Below, in pieces: positions 11,717 to 25,190 of a stretch of DNA of 64,000 bases (position 1 is the first letter of the stretch; every line of letters begins with the position of its first letter). The notes beneath the pieces are model-generated. The model had not been told where the DNA came from and did not search any database. It saw only the letters and a program-made list of their open reading frames with translations. This DNA is from Felis catus (lineage: Eukaryota), in the NCBI RefSeq assembly GCF_018350175.1, contig NC_058368.1, positions 85,996,001 to 86,060,000 on the forward strand. Reading direction: 5' to 3'. The translations under genes and the position numbers were made by a program.

Positions 11717-14700
11717 AATTTTACTTAGTTTTATTTTTTATATGAAATTTATTGTCCAGTTCGTTTCCATACAACAACCAGTGCTCATCCCAACAGGTGC
11801 CCTCCTCAAGCCCATCACCCACTTTCCCCGCCCTCCCACCCCCATCAAACCTCAGTTTATTCTCAGTCTTTAAGTGTCTCTTATGGTTTCCTCCCTCCCT
11901 CTCTAACTTTGTTTTCCCTTCCCCTCACCCATACTCTTCTGTCAAGATTCTCAGGATCGACATAAGAATGAAAATAAATGGTATTTGTCTTTCTCTGTAT
12001 GACTTCTTTCACTGAGCATAACACTCTCCAGTTCCATATACATTGCTATAAAAGGCCATTTTTCAATCTTTCTCATTGCCAACTAGTATTCCATTGTATA
12101 CATAAACCACAACTTCTTTATCCATTCATCTGTTGATGGACATTTAGGCTCTTTCCATAATTTGGCTATTGTTGAAAGTGCTGCTGTAAACATTGGGGTA
12201 CAAGTGCCCCTATGCATCAGCACTCCTGTATCCCTTGGGTAAATTCCTAGTAGTGCTATTGCTGGGTCATAGGATAGGTCTATTTTTAATTTTTGAGGAA
12301 CCTCTACACTCTTTTCCAGAGTGGAGGCACCACATTGCATTCCCACCAACAAAATAAGGGGGTTCCTGTTTCTCCACATCTTCTTCAGCATCTATAGTCT
12401 CCTGATTTGTTCATTTTAGCTACTCTGACTGGTGTGAGGTGATAGTGTGGTTTGATTTGTATTACCCTGATGAGGAGTGATGTTGAGCATCTTTTCATGT
12501 GCCTGTTGGCCATCTGGAGGTCTTCTTTAGAGAAGGGTCTGTTCATGTTTTCTTCCCATTTCTTCACTGGATTATTTGTTTTTCGGGTGTGAAGTTTGGT
12601 GAGCTCTTCATAGATTTTGGATACTAGCCCTTTGTCCAATATGTCATTTGCAAATATCTTTTCCCATTCTGTTGATTGCCTTTTTGTGTTGTTGATTGTT
12701 TCCTTTGCAGTGCAGAAGCTTTTTATCTTCATGAGGTCCCAATAGTTCATTTTTTCTTTTAATTCCCTCGCCTTTGGAGTTGTGTCAAGTAAGAAATTGC
12801 TGCTGCTGAGGTCAGAGAGGTCTTTTCCTGCTTTCTCCTCTAGGGTTTTGATGGTTTCCTGTCTCACATTCAGGTCCTTCATCAATTTTGAGTTTATTTT
12901 TGTGAATGGTGTAAGCAAGTAGTCTAGTTTCATTCTTGTGCATGTTGCTGTCCAGTTCTCCCAGCACCATTTGTTAATGAGACTGTCTTTTTTTCCATCG
13001 GATATTCTTCCCTGCTTTGTCAAATATTAGTCCGCCATACATTTGTGGGTCCAATTCTGGGGTCTCTATTCTATTCCATCAGTCTATGTGTCTGTTTTTG
13101 TGCCAATACCATGTTGTCTTGATGATTACAGCTTTGTAGGAGAGGCTGAATTGTGGGATTGTGATGCCTCCCGTTTTGGACTTCTTCAATATTACTTTGG
13201 ATATTTGGGGTCTTTTTTGGTTCCATACAAATTTTAGGATTCCTTGTTCTAGCTTCAAGAAGAATGCTGGTGCCATTTTGATTGGTATTGCACTGAATGT
13301 GTAGATTGATTTCCGTATTATTGACATTTTAACAATATTTATTCTTCCAATCTATGAGCATGGGATATTTTTCCATTTCTTGGTATCTTCTTCAATTTCC
13401 TTCATAAGCTTTCTATAGTTTTCAGCGTACAGATATTTTACATCTTTGGTTGAATTTATACCTACCTATTTTATGATACTTGGTACCATTGTGAATGGGA
13501 TCAGTTTCTTTATTTGTCTTTCTGTTGCTTCATTATTAGTGTATAAGAATGCAACTAATTTCTGTACATTAATTTTGTTTCTTGAGATTTTGCAGAATTC
13601 ATGTATCAGCTCTAGCAGACTTTTGGTGGAGAGTATCAGATTTTCTATGTTCCCTATCATGTCATCTGCAAAAAGTGAAAGCTTGTCTTCATCTTTGCCA
13701 ATTTTGATGCCTTTGATTTCCTTTTGTTGTCTGATTGATGATGCTAGAACTTCCAACACTATGTTAAACAACCGCGGTGAGAGTGGAAATCCCTGTCGTG
13801 TTCCTGATCTCAGGGGGAAAGCTCTCAGTTTTTCTCCATTGAGGATGATATTAGCTGTGGGCTTTTTATAAATGGCTTTATGATGTTTAAGTATGTTCCT
13901 TCTATCCTGACTTTCTCAAGGGTTTTTATTAAGAAAGGATGCTGAATTTTGTCAAATGCTTTTTCTGCATCGATTGACAGGACCATATAGTTCTTATCTT
14001 TTCTTTCATTAATGTGATGTATCACATTGATTGATTTGGGAATATTGAACCATCCCTCCAACCCAGGAAAGAATCTGACTTGATCATAGTGAATAAGTAT
14101 TTTTATATGCTGTTGAGTTCGATTTGCTCTTATAATGTTGAGAATTTTTACATCCATAGTCACCAGGGATATTGGCCCTTTTTTTTTTGCTGGGTCTCTG
14201 TCAGGTTTGAGAATCAAGTTTTCCTTCCCTACTTTTTGGAACAGTTTGAGAAGGGTATGTATTATCTCTACTTTAAATGTCTGGTAGAATTCCCCAGGGA
14301 AGCCACCTGGTCTTGGAGTCTGATTTGTTGGGAGATTTTTGATAACTGATTCAATTTATTCACTGGTTATGGGTCTGTTCAAGTTTCTATTTCTTCTTGT
14401 TTCAGTTTTGGAAGTGTGTGGGTGCTTAGGAATTCGTCCATTTATTCCAGGTTGTCCAGTTTGTTAGCATGTAAGTTTTCATAGTGTTCCTTGATAATTG
14501 CTCATATTTCTGAGGGATTAGTTGTAATAATTCCATTTTCATTCATGATTTTATCTATTTGGGTCATCTCCCTTTCTTTTGGAGAAGTCTGGCTAGAGGT
14601 TTATCAATGTTGTTTATTCTTTCAAAAAACCAACTATTGGTTTCATTGATCTCCTCTACTGTTTTTTTTTTAAGATTCTATATTGTTTATTTCTGCTCTA

Positions 14701-15870
14701 ATCTTTATTATTTCTCTTCTTCTGCTGGGGTTGGGGTGTCTTTGCTGTTCTGCTTCTATTTACTTTAGGTGTGCTGTTAGATTTTGTATTTGGGGTTTTT
14801 CTTGCTTCTTGAGATAGGCCTGGATTGCAATGTATTTTCCTCTCAAGACTGCCTTCGCTGCATCCCAAAGTATTTGGATTGTTGTATTTTCATCTTCATT
14901 TGTTTCTGTATACTTTCAATTTCTTCTCTAATTGTCTGGTTGACCCATTCATTCTTTAGTAGGGTGTTCTTTAACCTCCATGCTTTTGGAGGTTTTCCAG
15001 ACTTTTTCCTGTGGTTGATTTCAAGTTTCATAGCATTGTGGTCTGAAAGTGTGCATGATATGATCTCAATTCTTGTATACTTGTGAAGGGCTATTTTGTG
15101 ACCCAGTATGTGATCTATCTTGGAGAATGTTCCATGTGCACTTGAGAAGAAAGTATATTCTGTTGCTTTGGGATGCAGAGTTCTAAATATATCTGTCCAG
15201 TCCATCTGATCCAATGTATCAGTTAGGGCCCTTGTTTCTTTATTGATCCTGTGTCTACATGATCTATCTACTGTTGTAAGTGGGGTATTAAAGTCCCCTG
15301 CCAGGGGCACCTGGATGGCTCAGTCAGTTAAGCATCTGACTTTGGCTCAAGTCATGATCTCACAGTTTGTGGGTTCGAGACCCGCATTGGGATCTGTGCT
15401 GCCAGCTCAGAGCCTGGAGCCTGCTTCGGATTCTGTGTCTCCCTGCCTCTCTGCCCACCCCCCCACCCCCCCACCCCTGCTCACACTCTGTCTCTCTCTG
15501 TCTCTCAAAAATAAATAAATGTAAAAAAAAGTCCCCTGCCATTACCACATTCTTATAAATAAGGTTGCTTATGTTTGTGATGAATTGTTTTATCTATTTG
15601 GGGGCTCCTGTATTCAGTGCATAGACATTTATAATTGTTAGCTCCTCCTGATGGATAGAACCTATAATTATTATATAATGCCCTTCTTCATCTCTTGTTA
15701 CAGCCTTTAATAGTCTAGTTTGTCTGATATAAGTATGGCTACCCCAGCTTTCTTTTGACTTCCAGTAGCATGATAGATCATTCTCCATCCCCTAACTTTC
15801 AATCTGAGGGTGTCCTCAGGCCTAAAATGAGTCTCTTGTAGACAGCAAATAGATGGGTCTTCTTCTTCTT

Positions 15871-15901
<31 letters not shown>

Positions 15902-17733
15902 ATCAATTCTGATACCCTATGCTTTTTGTTTGGAGCATTTAGTCAATTTACATTGAGTGTTATTATTGAAAGATATGTGTTTATAGTCATTGTCATGTAT
16001 GTAGGCTTCATGCTTGTAGTGATGTCTCTGGTAGTTTGTGGTCCTTGCAACATTTCTCTCACAGAGTTCCCCTTAGGATCTCTTGTAGGGCTGGTTTAGT
16101 GGTGATAAATTCCTTCAATTTTTGGTCTTTTTGGGAAAACAATTATCTCTCCTTCTATTCTGAGTGGCATGCTTTCTGGACAAAGGATTCTTGGCTGCAT
16201 ATTTTTTTCTGTTCATCACATTGAAGAGTTCCTGCCATTCATTTCTGGCTTGCCAAATTGCAGTAGATAGGTCTTCTACTACCCTTATGTTCTACCTTTG
16301 GAAGTTAGAGCCAGTTTTTCCCTAGATGCTTTCAGAATTCTCTCTTTATCCTTGTATTGGCCAGTTTCATTATGATATGTCATGCAGAAGATCGATTCAA
16401 ATTACGTCTGAAGGGAGTTCTCTGTGCCTCTTGGATTTCAATGCCTGTTTCCTTCCACAGATCAAAGAAGTTCTCAGATATGATTTTTTCAAGTACACCT
16501 TCAGCCCCTTTCTCTCTCTCTTCTTCTTCTGATATTCCTAAGATATGGATATTGTTCCATTTGATTGCGTCACTTAGTTCTCTAATTCTCCCCTCATACT
16601 CCTGGATTTTTAATCTCTCTTTTTCTCAGCTTCCTCTTTTTCCATAGTTTTATCTTTCAATTCACCTCTTCTCTCCTCTGTCTCTTCAATCCATGCTATG
16701 ACTGCCTCCATTTTATTTTGCACCTTATTTATAGCATTTTTTAACTCCTCATGACTATTAGTTAGTCTGTTGATCTCTGTAGCAATAGATTCTCTGCTGT
16801 TCTCTGTGCTTTTTTCAAGCCCAGCAATTAATTTTATGACGATTATTCTAAATTCTTGTTCCGCTGTAATGCTTAAGTCGGTTTTGATCCATGCGTTAGT
16901 TGTCACTACTTTCTGGAGTTTCTTTTGAGGAGAATTCTTCTGTTTCATCATTTGAGTAGACTCTGTGGTGGCTCCAAACTTGAGGGCACTTCCCCTATGC
17001 TGTGTTGAGTAACTTGTGTTGGTGGGTGGGGCCGTAGTCTGCCCCCATGTCTGCCCCCAGTCACCTCTGGGGTCACAGTCAGAGTTGTGTGTACCTTATC
17101 TTCCCCTCTCCCAGAGGCAGGGCTCACTGTGGAGTGGTGTGGCCCTTGTCGGGGCTACTTGCACACTTCCAGGTTTGTGGGTGCAGTTTCAATGGGATCT
17201 GGCCAAGGGCATATTAGACAGGGTGGATCCGCAAGGAGCACAGGGACTAGAGGGGCAGGCTTAGCTTGTTTTGCCATCAGTGGTCCCCTGCAGGAGGGTC
17301 CCTGCAGCACCAGGAGGGAGGCAGACCTGTCAGAGGGATGGATCCACAGAAGCACAACATTGGATGTTTGTGCAGTGCAGGCAAGTTCAGTGATGGGAAT
17401 GTGTTCCCTTTGGAATTTCATCTGGGGGATGGGAGAGGGAGATGGCACTTGCCAGTGCCTTTGTTCCCCTGCTGAGTGAGCTCCATCTTCTGTTGCTCAA
17501 CAACTCTCCCTTCTGGCATCCACTCACCCTCCCTGCTCTCTGAGAGCAGAGCTGTTGACTTTTCACATTCCAGATGTTAAGTTCAGCTGGCTGCCAGAAC
17601 TCACAGAGTCCAGCCCCTCTGCTTTTGCAAGCCAGACCCTGGGGGCTCTGCCTTGCCTGGCATGCTGCCCTCCACTGCCCTGGCTCCCTCCAGCCCATCC
17701 TTGTAGCACACACCGCCTCTCCGCCCTTCCTCT
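11717..17733 (-). mobile_element. Near full-length felid L1 with inactivated ORF1 and ORF2
   Basis: 3' end tatgaaatttattgtc. ORF2 pieces: 12083-12391 C-terminus, 12385-13023, 13466-13771 with the RT motif LFADDMI, 14843-15310 with endonuclease motifs GDFNTPL and SDH. ORF1 starts at 16951 (MMKQKNSPQKK..). The 5'UTR runs to ~17733 and lacks about the first 150 nt seen at 33213. Many frameshifts. Confidence 0.95.
15304..15527 (+). mobile_element. CAN-SINE inserted in the L1 endonuclease region
   Basis: 14-bp TSD aaagtcccctgcca at 15290-15303 and 15528-15541. Confidence 0.95.
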
Positions 17734-19390
17734 ATCATTGTAGATTTGATTTGTATTTCCCCGATGATGAGTGATGTTGAGCAACTGTGTCTTCTATGGT
17801 AAAAAAGTGTCTATTCATATCCTCTGCACATTTTTCATTAAATTATTACTTTTGGGGTGTTGAGTTTTCTAAGTTCATTATATTTTGGATACTTACTCTT
17901 TATCAGATATGCCATTTACAAATATATTCTCCCATTCCATAGGCTGCCTTTTAGTCTTTTGGGTTTTTTTTTTGCTGTGCAGGAACTTTTTATTTTGATG
18001 AATTCTTATACTTTATTTTTGTCTTTGTTTCTTTTGCCTCAGGAGATATATCTAGTAAGAAGTTGCTGAGGTCAATGTCAAAGAGGCTATTGCCTGTGTT
18101 CTCCTCTAGGGTTTTTATAGTTTCCTGTCTCACACTTAGGTCTTTCATACATTCTGAATTTATTTTTGTGTATGATATAAGACAATCGTCCATTTTCACT
18201 CTTTTGCATGTTGCTTTCCAGCACCTTCCCATCGGGTATTCTTTCCTGCATTGTTGAAGACTGATTTACCATATAGTTGTGAGTTCAGTTCTGAGTTTTT
18301 TATTCTGTTTGATTGATATATGTGTCTATTTTTGTGCCAACAGCATACCGCCTTGATCATTACTGCTTCATAATAGGTCTGGAGATGTGATGCCTCTATC
18401 TTTGCTTTGCTTTTCAAGTTTGCCTTGTGTGTTTGGTCTTCTGTGGCTCCATACATATTTTAGGATTATTTGCTGTAGCTCTGTGAAAAATGCTGGTGGT
18501 AATCTGAATTGGATTGCATTAAATGTGTAGACTGCTTTGGGTAGTATAGACATTTTAACAATGTTTGTTCTTCCAGTCCATAAGCCTGGAATGTCTTTAC
18601 ATTTTTATTGTGCATCATCCTCAATTTCTTTTATCAGTGTTTTATAGTTTGCAGAGTACAGATCTTTAACACTTTAACTAGGTGAATTATTAGATATCTT
18701 ATGTGTTTGTTTCAATTGTAAGTGGGATCAATTCCTTGATTTCTCTTTCTGCTGCCTCATTGTTGTATAGGAATACAAGATTTATGTATGTCGATTTTGT
18801 ATCCTGGGTCTTTACTAAACTAGTGTGTAACTTCTAGCAATGTTTTGGTGAGTCCTTCTGCTTTCTATATAGGGTATCGTGTCATGTGCAAATAGGAAAC
18901 ATTTCACTTCTTTCTTGCAGGTTTAGATGTCTTTTATTCCTTTGTCTTTTCTCATTGCTGTGGTACTATGTTAAATAAAGTGATGACAGTAAGCATCCCT
19001 GTCTTATTCCTGACTACAGAGGAAAATCTCTGTTTTTCCCCATTGAGGGTGATATTAGCTGTGAGTATTTTGCATATTGCCTTTATTGTGATGAATAATG
19101 CTAACCATACTTTTTTGTCATGAATGGATCTTGCTTTTGTCAAATGTTTTTTTCTGCATCTATTGAAATGATCATACGGTTCTTATCATTTCTTTTATTA
19201 AAGTGGTGTATCATGTTGATTGATTTGTGAGTATTGAACCACCCTTGCAAACCAGAATAAATACCACTTGATTGTTAGTTCATGCCTCAGAACTACCTGC
19301 TATTTTGGGGGATTTACATTAGAAATTCAACAGAACTTGAGTCTGAGATATAATGGAGCCTGTTGGTGGGATCTCAGGGCAAAATTATCC
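17125..19390. repeat. Left arm (donor) of a ~2.27 kb near-identical inverted duplication
   Basis: Reverse complement of 33959-36224. The ORF track shows identical translations with a constant coordinate sum of 53350 (e.g. 17990..18232 vs 35118..35360; 18368..18553 vs 34797..34982). Confidence 0.97.
17734..19275 (-). mobile_element. Older L1 ORF2 fragment
   Basis: Decayed ORF2 peptides ([41 protein letters not shown]). Confidence 0.9.
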
Positions 19391-19649
19391 TTAGGGAACC
19401 ACAAACACCATGGGTGATCACCTGATGGTAGATACACTGAGATGGCTGTGAGTTTAATCAGTGAAGTAATCAGTCCCTAACAGCCCATAAGACCCTGATA
19501 ATAAAGTGACATAAAATACCCTGTGCTTCCTAAACAGTGTGTAGGAGGTGTAGAAGCATACTTCTCCAGGAGACGCAAAAACAGTGAACACTTAATGACG
19601 CCATGGCATTCAGTGTATTCTAAAGGATGAGGAAGGGAAAGGATACCCA

Positions 19650-20636
19650 TACCAGAAATAAACCCAGGAATATATGGTTAACTAATGTACAACAAAGAAA
19701 CCAAGAATATACTATGGTGAAAGTATAGTCTATTCAGTGATTGTACATCCTATGCATTTTCAGTCAGAAAACTGTGTGGCCACCTGCAAACAAAAAATAA
19801 AATTGAACCATTATCTTGAACCATACACAAAAATTATTTTAAAAGTGTTTGAAGACAAATGTAAGAATAGACACCATAAAACTTCTGGAAGAAACAGGTG
19901 GTTAGCTTCTTGACACAGATATTTATAATAGTTATATAAATCTTACACAAAGACAAAAAGAAGAGAAGTAAAGATAAGTGGGGTACATTAAACTAAAAAT
20001 ATGCACACCAAAGAACCATCAACAAAATTAAAAGTCAAACTACTGAATAAGAAAGGTACTTGTAAATCATATTTATCCTTAGGGAAGCTAGTATTCAAAA
20101 CAGATAAAGAACACACAATTTCAATGGCATAAAAATTGGTTACAAAATGGACAGAAGACATGAATAGAGTTTGTTTTCCAAGGAAGACATATAGATGGGT
20201 AAAAAGTTAAAGAAAGAAAGAAAACAAAAGATGTACAACGTCATAAATAATCAGGAAAAGCAAACAAAAACCACAATGAGATATGACCTTACACATTAAG
20301 AATATCTATTTTCAAAAAGACAGGGAATAACGTGTTGGTGAGGATGGGGAAAAATGGAAATCGTTGTTTTTTATTGGGGAGAATGAAAATTGGTGCAGCC
20401 AGTACAGAAAACAATATGGAGTTTTCCTCTTGAAACTAAAAATGGAACTACCATACATCCATAAATTCCACTGCTGGGTATTTATCCAAAGATTTCAGAA
20501 ACACTGCTTTTAAAGATATATGCATCTTTATGTTCATTGATCATTCCTGTGTTCATTGCAGCAGTATTGACAATGGCTAAGAAGCTAAGACAGGGAAACA
20601 ACTTATGTATCCTAAGAACCCATTAATGGTTGAGTG

Positions 20637-20672
<36 letters not shown>

Positions 20673-21180
20673 TTACTCATTATATATTGCACAGACTATA
20701 TTTAAATGCACATATAATAAATATGCTTGTACACATATATATGTATAAATATACATATACATGCATGTCTATTTATTAAAACAATAATATAACATAGTAA
20801 ATATAAATGCACAAAATATAGATATTATAAATATAAATATACATATATATATAATATAGATATAATAACTATATATTTATATATGTATATCATATTTAAA
20901 TATTTAAATAAAAGTGAAATATAATTACAAATTTATATTAAATACATTTATACAGGTAATCAAATCTTGCCATTTGTTACAACATAGATTAGACCTTGAA
21001 GGTATTATTTTATGTGAAATATATTAGAAAGAGAAAAACAAATACAAAATGATCTCTCCTATGTATGGAAGATAAAACAAAACACAACAAGAAAACAAGC
21101 TCATAGACACAGAAAACAGATTGGTGTTTGCCAAAGTGAGGGGGTGAGGATTGAGAGAAAGGAGGAAAACAAATACTTTT
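19650..21180 (+). mobile_element. Old L1 3' fragment (ORF2 end and 3'UTR) with an internal AT-rich expansion (~20640-20950)
   Basis: L1 3' motifs aaggaagacatatagatgg, aaaaccacaatgagat, aaatcttgccatttgttacaaca. Confidence 0.8.
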
Positions 21181-21462
21181 TAGAAAAACAGAAAGAAATC
21201 AGGGGAAATAAAAATAAAGCATTCAAAATCATATCACAAGTGTGTAGAAACAAAATATCTGATAAAAGTGTCCAGTCAACTTAAAATAAAAAGGATAACA
21301 TATTTATTAAATTGCACTGGAATGCTTAATAGCATTTAGAAGAAAATATACTCCTACTTACAAGAATTGCATGCAATTAATTACATACATGTTTAAAATC
21401 ATTTTTTTAATAAATCTAAATAATATCACTGATGTTTCTATGTATTTGTTTAAAAAATTCTT

Positions 21463-21738
21463 GGGTGCCTGGGTGGCTGAGTTGGTTAAGCATCCAAATT
21501 TTGATTTTGGCTCAGCTCATGATGTCATAATTTTTGAGCTGGAGCCCCATGCAGGGCTCTGCACTGACAGTTCAAAGCCTGCTTAGGATTCTCTCCATTC
21601 TCTCTCTCTACCACTCCCCCTTTCACTCTGTGTGTCTCTCTCTTTTTCAAAAACAAAACAAAACAGAACAAAAAAAAAAAAAACAAAGATATAAACAAAC
21701 AACCACAACAACAACAAAAAAACCACACACAAAAAAAT
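21463..21738 (+). mobile_element. CAN-SINE, diverged
   Basis: gggtgcctgggtggctgagttggttaagcatcca head, CT tract, long A/CA-rich tail. Confidence 0.9.
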
Positions 21739-21963
21739 ATTTAAAACATTGTTTTCAATCTATTTGAATTTTTTATTGAACAATACAGGTATTTAAATAG
21801 ATAATCACATTGGCATATTTGAAATATATATATTTCTTATATATTGTTCACAAAACAGGACCCTTGTTTCAACAGAAATTTTAGAGAACTTTGATCATTG
21901 TTTTGTGTCTGACAAAACACGTCTTGACATGTCTTAGGAAGGAAAAGTTCCGATGTCTATGTT

Positions 21964-22022
21964 TTGTTTTGTTTTGTTTTTTTATTTTATATATGAAATT
22001 TATTGTCAAATTGGTTTCCATA
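21964..22022 (-). mobile_element. Extremely 5'-truncated felid L1 3' tip (59 bp)
   Basis: tatgaaatttattgtcaaattggtttccata matches the L1 3' ends at ~11742 and ~58077; 7-bp TSD ctatgtt at 21957-21963 and 22023-22029. Confidence 0.8.
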
Positions 22023-22362
22023 CTATGTTAAAACTAAATAGTCACTTCCTTTTTTGACTCTCAGTTATAGGAAAGGAATATAATCATACTTTCTATTAAA
22101 TCTTTTAATTTCAAACTTTAAAGTGGGTGCCTTCAAATAAGCAAGGGATATGCACATTCACTAAGCAAACAGCACAAGAAAAATAAATAAGTGTTTATTG
22201 CAATTCATCAAGTTTTCAGAGGAGCTCATCATATGATTTTTGAGCTGTGAATGGTGTGAGTCATATTAATTAATCTCAGACACATTTTGGAAATTGATTT
22301 TGGTTATGTATTTTCCAGACATCACTGGGCCAGAATTTCTGAAGAGTCTTAAAGTCTCTCAC

Positions 22363-22556
22363 TTTTTTTCTTTTTTTAATGTTAATTTATTTCTTTTGAG
22401 ACAGAAGAGAGCTAAAGAGAGGAAGGGACAGACAGAGAGGGAGAGAGAGAATCCCAAGCAGGTTCCATGCTCAGTGCACAGCCTGATGTGGGGTTTTATC
22501 TCACAACTGAGAGATCATGACCTGAAACAATATCAAGTAGTTGGATGCACCCCCAG
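22363..22556 (-). mobile_element. CAN-SINE, diverged
   Basis: T tail, gagagagagaatcccaagcagg..gagatcatgacctga, ending gcacccc. Confidence 0.85.
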
Positions 22557-23829
22557 ATGCCTCTGTCACTCTTTTTAATATAATATTTTCTGCTTAAATT
22601 CTACCGATTTTTTTTCTATTAAAAAAATGAATTTACTTTAGTTAAGAACCTTAACTAATTACATTTCAAACCCCAAATTAATTCAACTGGAAAACCTTGG
22701 TAGTAAAGAGTAATGCCTAATGAACCTTTGGCCATTGATACCAAACAGTGAATGTCTTTTTTTTTTTCAAAATTTGAAAATGAAGTTATGTGATATGAAG
22801 GAAAATTAAGCAAACTCTTCCTTTTTTAAAAGATTAATCATACACGTTCTTTTGATAAAAAATTTCCCATCATAGTTACACCATTTCAAAATAAAGCTTT
22901 TAAACAGTAAATAGTCAAGAAATCTCTAAGGACTCACTTAGTTTTAGTATAAAAGCATCCATAATTACAGTATATAATCTAACATGCAGATCTTCTATTT
23001 GGGGGGAAAATACTTATATCTAATTCTAATATATCAGTCATTCATCACTGTGATGCTTTGGATATTACAGGGCTTTGTACATGTTAATTCTAGCTTCCTT
23101 ATTTACACCCACTCTTATATAATAAAGAGTATAGAAGACTTACTCCGTAAATAGTGATGACTGTTCATTCATAGTGCCCAGGTGTAGAACTAGCCTGCAG
23201 GTAATGGGAAGACTTTTGTAAGGTAGTCATTAAACAGGTATCTCTATTGAAAACCGTGCTACAGAGAGGTTAATAATAAAGCAAAGCACCCAAATCTCAT
23301 TCAGTAGAATTATAAGAATATTAAATGTATAATGAAATGCTGATAACAGAAATCATCTTATGAAATGGAGTTAGTGGCTTTTGGGGTTGTGAAATGAGTG
23401 TTTTGAAAGACAACTGGGAAGTGGCTCAGACTGACTAATCTGCACTAAACAGTATATAACTCCCATCAATCCTTTTAGAAAAAGGCTCTCATTATTCCAT
23501 AGTCTATTCTTCATTTTCCTGATCACAATTATCCCGATCATGTAGACCTGTTGTAAATGACTTTCTTAGATTCATCTAGTTACTTCCAGAGTCCTTCTCA
23601 TAAAATATATAAACTTGTATTTCCTCCTTACTGGTGAGAGAATGTCTAATTCTATACAGAGTTCTTTGTCCAATCTCCATACCTATCACTTCCCCTGAAA
23701 ATAAGGGAACAGAAGAATCATTTTTTCACCAGGCAAGGGTAAATATATATATATAAAGGGTAAATATATACAAAGGATAAATATATATGTACATATATAT
23801 ATACACATATATATACACACATATATATT

Positions 23830-23860
<31 letters not shown>

Positions 23861-24261
23861 GTATATATATATTAGATTTCAAAGAAACCTGGGAACGTGA
23901 TAACACTTTCTGTTATTTTTCCTATTTTAGCCATTTGGGAAGAGATGTTAAGTATATATGAATTATTGTAATGTGTGATACCATCATGTTGGATTGTTTC
24001 CATTATCATTTCAATATATTAATAAAATCTTACTACCCACAGGCTAAGGGAAAATATTTGTTCTTTCTATTTATTGAAAAATTACCACAAAGAAAACAAA
24101 TAAAAGAATATAAAATTATTTTGTCAAATCTCAATTATTTCAATTTTCTAGATTAATATAATCCCTGTCTTCATTCTTGGAATGTCATTGCTCCTAATGA
24201 GTGTAAAAGGTGAAAAAGATGGAATTTTAAGGCAGCAGGATTAAAGAGAACTTTGTCAAAC

Positions 24262-25190
24262 TTATATAGAGCAGATCCCCTGAATCACTCTTCTCAGGGC
24301 TCCCATCACCTCCTTGTTTCTCAGGATATAAATGATGGGGTCAAGCATTGGGGTCAGAATAATGTAGAAGACACCAGAACCTTGGCTTCTGTGGGAGATC
24401 TCAGCGATCTTGGGCATAGGTAAATGTAAGCAAAGGGTGCAGAGTAGAAAGTCACCACAATGAGGTGTGTGCTGCAGGTTGAATAGGGCTTCTTCCTTCC
24501 TTCTGTTGAGTGCATGTGGCAGATAGCATGGAAAACTCGGCCACAGGAACATGCAATGCCGATGAAAAGAAATGCAATCAAGAGTGTGGTGCTCACAAAC
24601 ACTGTGTACTCATAGATCATAGGTGTCCATGCAGGCCAGAGTCAACATGGCTAGGACATCACAGAAGAAATGGTTGATGAACCCGGATCAACCATAAGGG
24701 ATATGGAGGGCATATACAGTGTGGGCACAGGAGTTGATTGAGCCCATTATCCAAGATCCTGTTATTATCAACACACACACTTTTTTGCTCATACGAATGG
24801 GATAATGAAGAGGAAAGCAAATAGTCACATAGCGATCATGGGACATGGAGGCCAATAGTAACCCATCTGCATCTGCTAAAGTCAAAAAGAAGCTCTGTAT
24901 CCCACACCCAATGAAGGAGATAGACTTGTTTCCAAAGACATAATTGGATGCCATCTGGGGAATGATGGTGGAGATGAAGTTCAAGTCCATGAGGGAGAGG
25001 TGACTAAGTAGAAAATAGATGGATGTGTGGAGATGGGTGTCCAGGAGGATGAGGAGAATCATGGACAGGTTGCCAAAAAAAGCCATTAGGAAAATGACAA
25101 TAATGAGAATGAAAAGAAACAACCCAATTCTTGATGGGGGAAAAACCCCAATAAAAGGAAGCCTGTTAATGTTTGGCTGTTATTTTCCAT
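24262..25190 (-). pseudogene. Olfactory receptor pseudogene, OR2L subfamily-like
   Basis: ATG at 25190 (MENNSQTLTGFLLLGFFP); GNLSMILLILLDTHLHTSIYFLLSHLSLMD; MSHDRYVTICFPLHYPIRMS; INHFFCDV; EGRKKPYSTCSTHL; TPMLDPIIYILRNKEVMGAL; TAA at 24262-24264. Lesions: -1 frameshift ~25135, TGA at 24688-24690, +1 frameshift ~24620, -1 frameshift ~24375. Closely resembles the human OR2L2/OR2L3 protein pattern as recalled, not searched. Confidence 0.95.

Noticed and set aside
11717..17733. Potentially active L1
   Set aside because: ORF2 is broken into many frames, carries a SINE and a (TTC)n expansion in the endonuclease region, and the promoter start is missing
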